In this document: one piece after another, positions 62,066 through 64,000 of the stretch | Numbering within the stretch: the first letter of the stretch is position 1 | Layout: every line of letters begins with the position of its first letter | Origin: Paragordius varius | Lineage: Eukaryota > Animalia > Nematomorpha | Assembly (NCBI GenBank): GCA_964247055.1 | Contig: OZ176050.1 | Span: 13,206,001-13,270,000 of the forward strand | DNA: 64,000 bases | Direction: 5' to 3' | Made by a program: the position numbers and the translations under genes | Notes under the pieces: model-generated | The model's database searches: none | Told to the model about the DNA's origin: nothing | The model's input: the letters and a program-made list of their open reading frames with translations, nothing else

Positions 62066-63953
62066 TTATGTAATTGCCTTACTGGGCTTATGAAATTCCT
62101 CATCCGCTTTCATTACTAAGACAACTTTTGGCTGGGAAAAAATAATAGATAATGACTTAAGTGTTGTGATGCTAACGCCTGGAAGGATCGCAAATATTGC
62201 AGGCAGTTTTATACGGATAGAATGGCTAACCATATATAAAAAAGAAAAAGACGATACGTTTTCAAAAAATAAAATGTTTAAAAATATCATGACGAGTTTA
62301 CAAGCCGCATTCACGAGAAATATAATAATTATAATATGAAATATCAAACATATAAAATTCATCGACTTTTAAAGTAGTATGTGTAAAATTTAATTAAATA
62401 TAAATATGAAATGATTTGTTCATTCAAAATGATCACAATAGATAATAAGAATTAATTGAGGCAAAATTTTCGTTTGAGGAGTCGGCGATCGAATCAAGAA
62501 GCGTGGAAGATTGTTGTAATTCGTCAGATTTAACGTCCAGTTGTAGGGTGGAAAGGGTGCTCCCATTTTGTAAACTAATAAAAAAAATTAAATTTCAAAG
62601 CAAATCGATTAATACAGTAAAAATTGAAATTATATAGACAAATTTCATTTTTTTAAGACCACTGTATTTTTAAAAAATTTGATTTTCCTCATTGTTTTAA
62701 AATGCAAAGTAAGAAATTGAGATGTAAATTGGTAACACAATTAATTAATTTTACAATTCTAATTTATATAGGAAAAATTAAGTTTAAATATGGCAGAGAA
62801 AAACATTTGTTCAAATTTTACGATTTATCTATATGTCATTGACGGTATCGAAAAACATTTTAAAAGTTTACTATATGACAATATTTGCTTTAACCCTAGT
62901 ATGCAAATACTCAATCTTAAAAAAGTTGACAATTTACTTATGTACAATAAAATTAACATCTACCGACAAACTTAAACTTTATCATATTTTAACAAGTAAT
63001 TTCCCTATTATAATTTATACAATTTAAAACAAATTTTTATGCAATAATTTTATGTTCTATTCCGTGTTTTCCAAGCAGAAATCATAGGTTATATTAATAA
63101 ACAAAGTATATGACAGTTTTTTAAAAAAAATATTTGTCTTTAAGCTCATACATTTTATCTTTATTATTTCAATATTTTAAGTAAAGTTTGACGATAAAAA
63201 CCTAATTTTGTTTTAAATTTAATATATATCTTAACACTAGTCATAGGGAGCAATCCAATTACTTATAATTAATATGGAAAATATAATTATAAAATATAAA
63301 TTATTACATAGACGTAGTAGATGGGATTGTATTATTGTTTAATTGAGCCATAGAATTACTTTCATCTGTATGACCGTTTGAATTGAGAGACGGTATTTTC
63401 ATCCAAACATTTTTTGGTAAATTTGAAATTTCCGATGATAAATTTGAATTAGTTGCTAAAGAATTTAGCATATTTATATTACAACTATAAAGATAAAATG
63501 TAAAAACTTAATGACAAATATTTTTTAATAAAGACAATGTTTAAATCTTGATTCTTTTCAGTATATACGGTTTAAAGTTGGGAAATAAGGAATGTCGATG
63601 AAAATTAATAATAACCTTAATTATATATATTATAAAATTATAATCTTTAGGTTGTATGGCAAAAATAGATTAAAGAGTAAGGCTGTGTGTTAGGGAAAAA
63701 ATGTTTGCCTTTTAGTTTTCACATTGTGTCTTGATATAAATAATTTTATAATTACTTTTATGATTATTTTGGATAAAGGAATCATCATAATTGTTTGATG
63801 ATTCAGGAGGGGTAGCACTACTAGAAATAAATGGAAAATTTTGGGATGAACTTATCATTAATTCATTTTCTGTCATGATAGGGTTGTTGGCCTTCCCCAT
63901 GGCCATGTTGAGTAAGGCATTTTGCATTAATCTATTGGTGGATTTCATGCTCT
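62066..63953 (-). CDS. 3' part of an unidentified Ser/Asn-rich multi-exon gene continuing past the window end
   Basis: Open minus-strand segments with acceptor-like AGs at ~63953-63720 (STNRLMQNALLNMAMGKANNP...), ~63485-63310 (NMLNSLATNSNLSSEISNLPKNVWMKIPSLNS...) and ~62570-62450 (LQNGSTLSTLQLDVKSDELQQSS...). The terminal exon is unresolved and no domain was recognised. Confidence 0.45.
62615..63183. mobile_element. Degenerate family B MITE with a ~300-bp internal insertion
   Basis: TA-CAGTAAAAATTGAAATTATATAGACAAA start, family B core to ~62790, resumes ~63105 (TATTTGTCTTTA...TTATTTCAATATTTT). Confidence 0.5.
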
Positions 63954-64000
63954 ATAGTAATTATTGAAATAAATAAAATAATTTAATACAGAAATATATT

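Noticed and set aside
1-64000. Prokaryotic defence system, operon, tRNA or rRNA
   Set aside because: The intron-containing animal genes and the lack of any such motif or cloverleaf give no support.

Overview
Very AT-rich eukaryotic (animal) genomic DNA with spliceosomal introns. No prokaryotic operon, CRISPR array, rRNA or tRNA was seen. Genes assembled by hand: a Canopy CNPY3/4-like gene (+, 1426-3214); a 15-exon KLHL5-like BTB-BACK-Kelch gene (-, 4829-~23203, ~1020 aa, with Asn-rich insertions and a long C-terminal tail); a giant Fat-like (FAT1-3/kugelei-type) cadherin (+, 30271-~58475, roughly 5,500-6,000 aa, highly degenerate); a head-to-head TAF10 (-) / LSm3 (+) pair; and an unidentified Ser/Asn-rich gene running off the right end. 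Frame-supported introns of only 22, 23, 25 and 29 nt occur alongside introns inflated by at least six families of non-autonomous DNA transposons. These include TA-flanked MITEs (one family carries 21-bp subterminal repeats that expand into a minisatellite), a TTAA piggyBac-like MITE, a hAT-like MITE and Helitron-like ends. A decayed mariner transposase and LINE 3' fragments are also present. The pattern suggests a reduced parasitic animal (orthonectid, dicyemid or myxozoan-like); this is inference only. Coordinates were read by eye and may be off by a few bases, especially at degenerate repeat ends.
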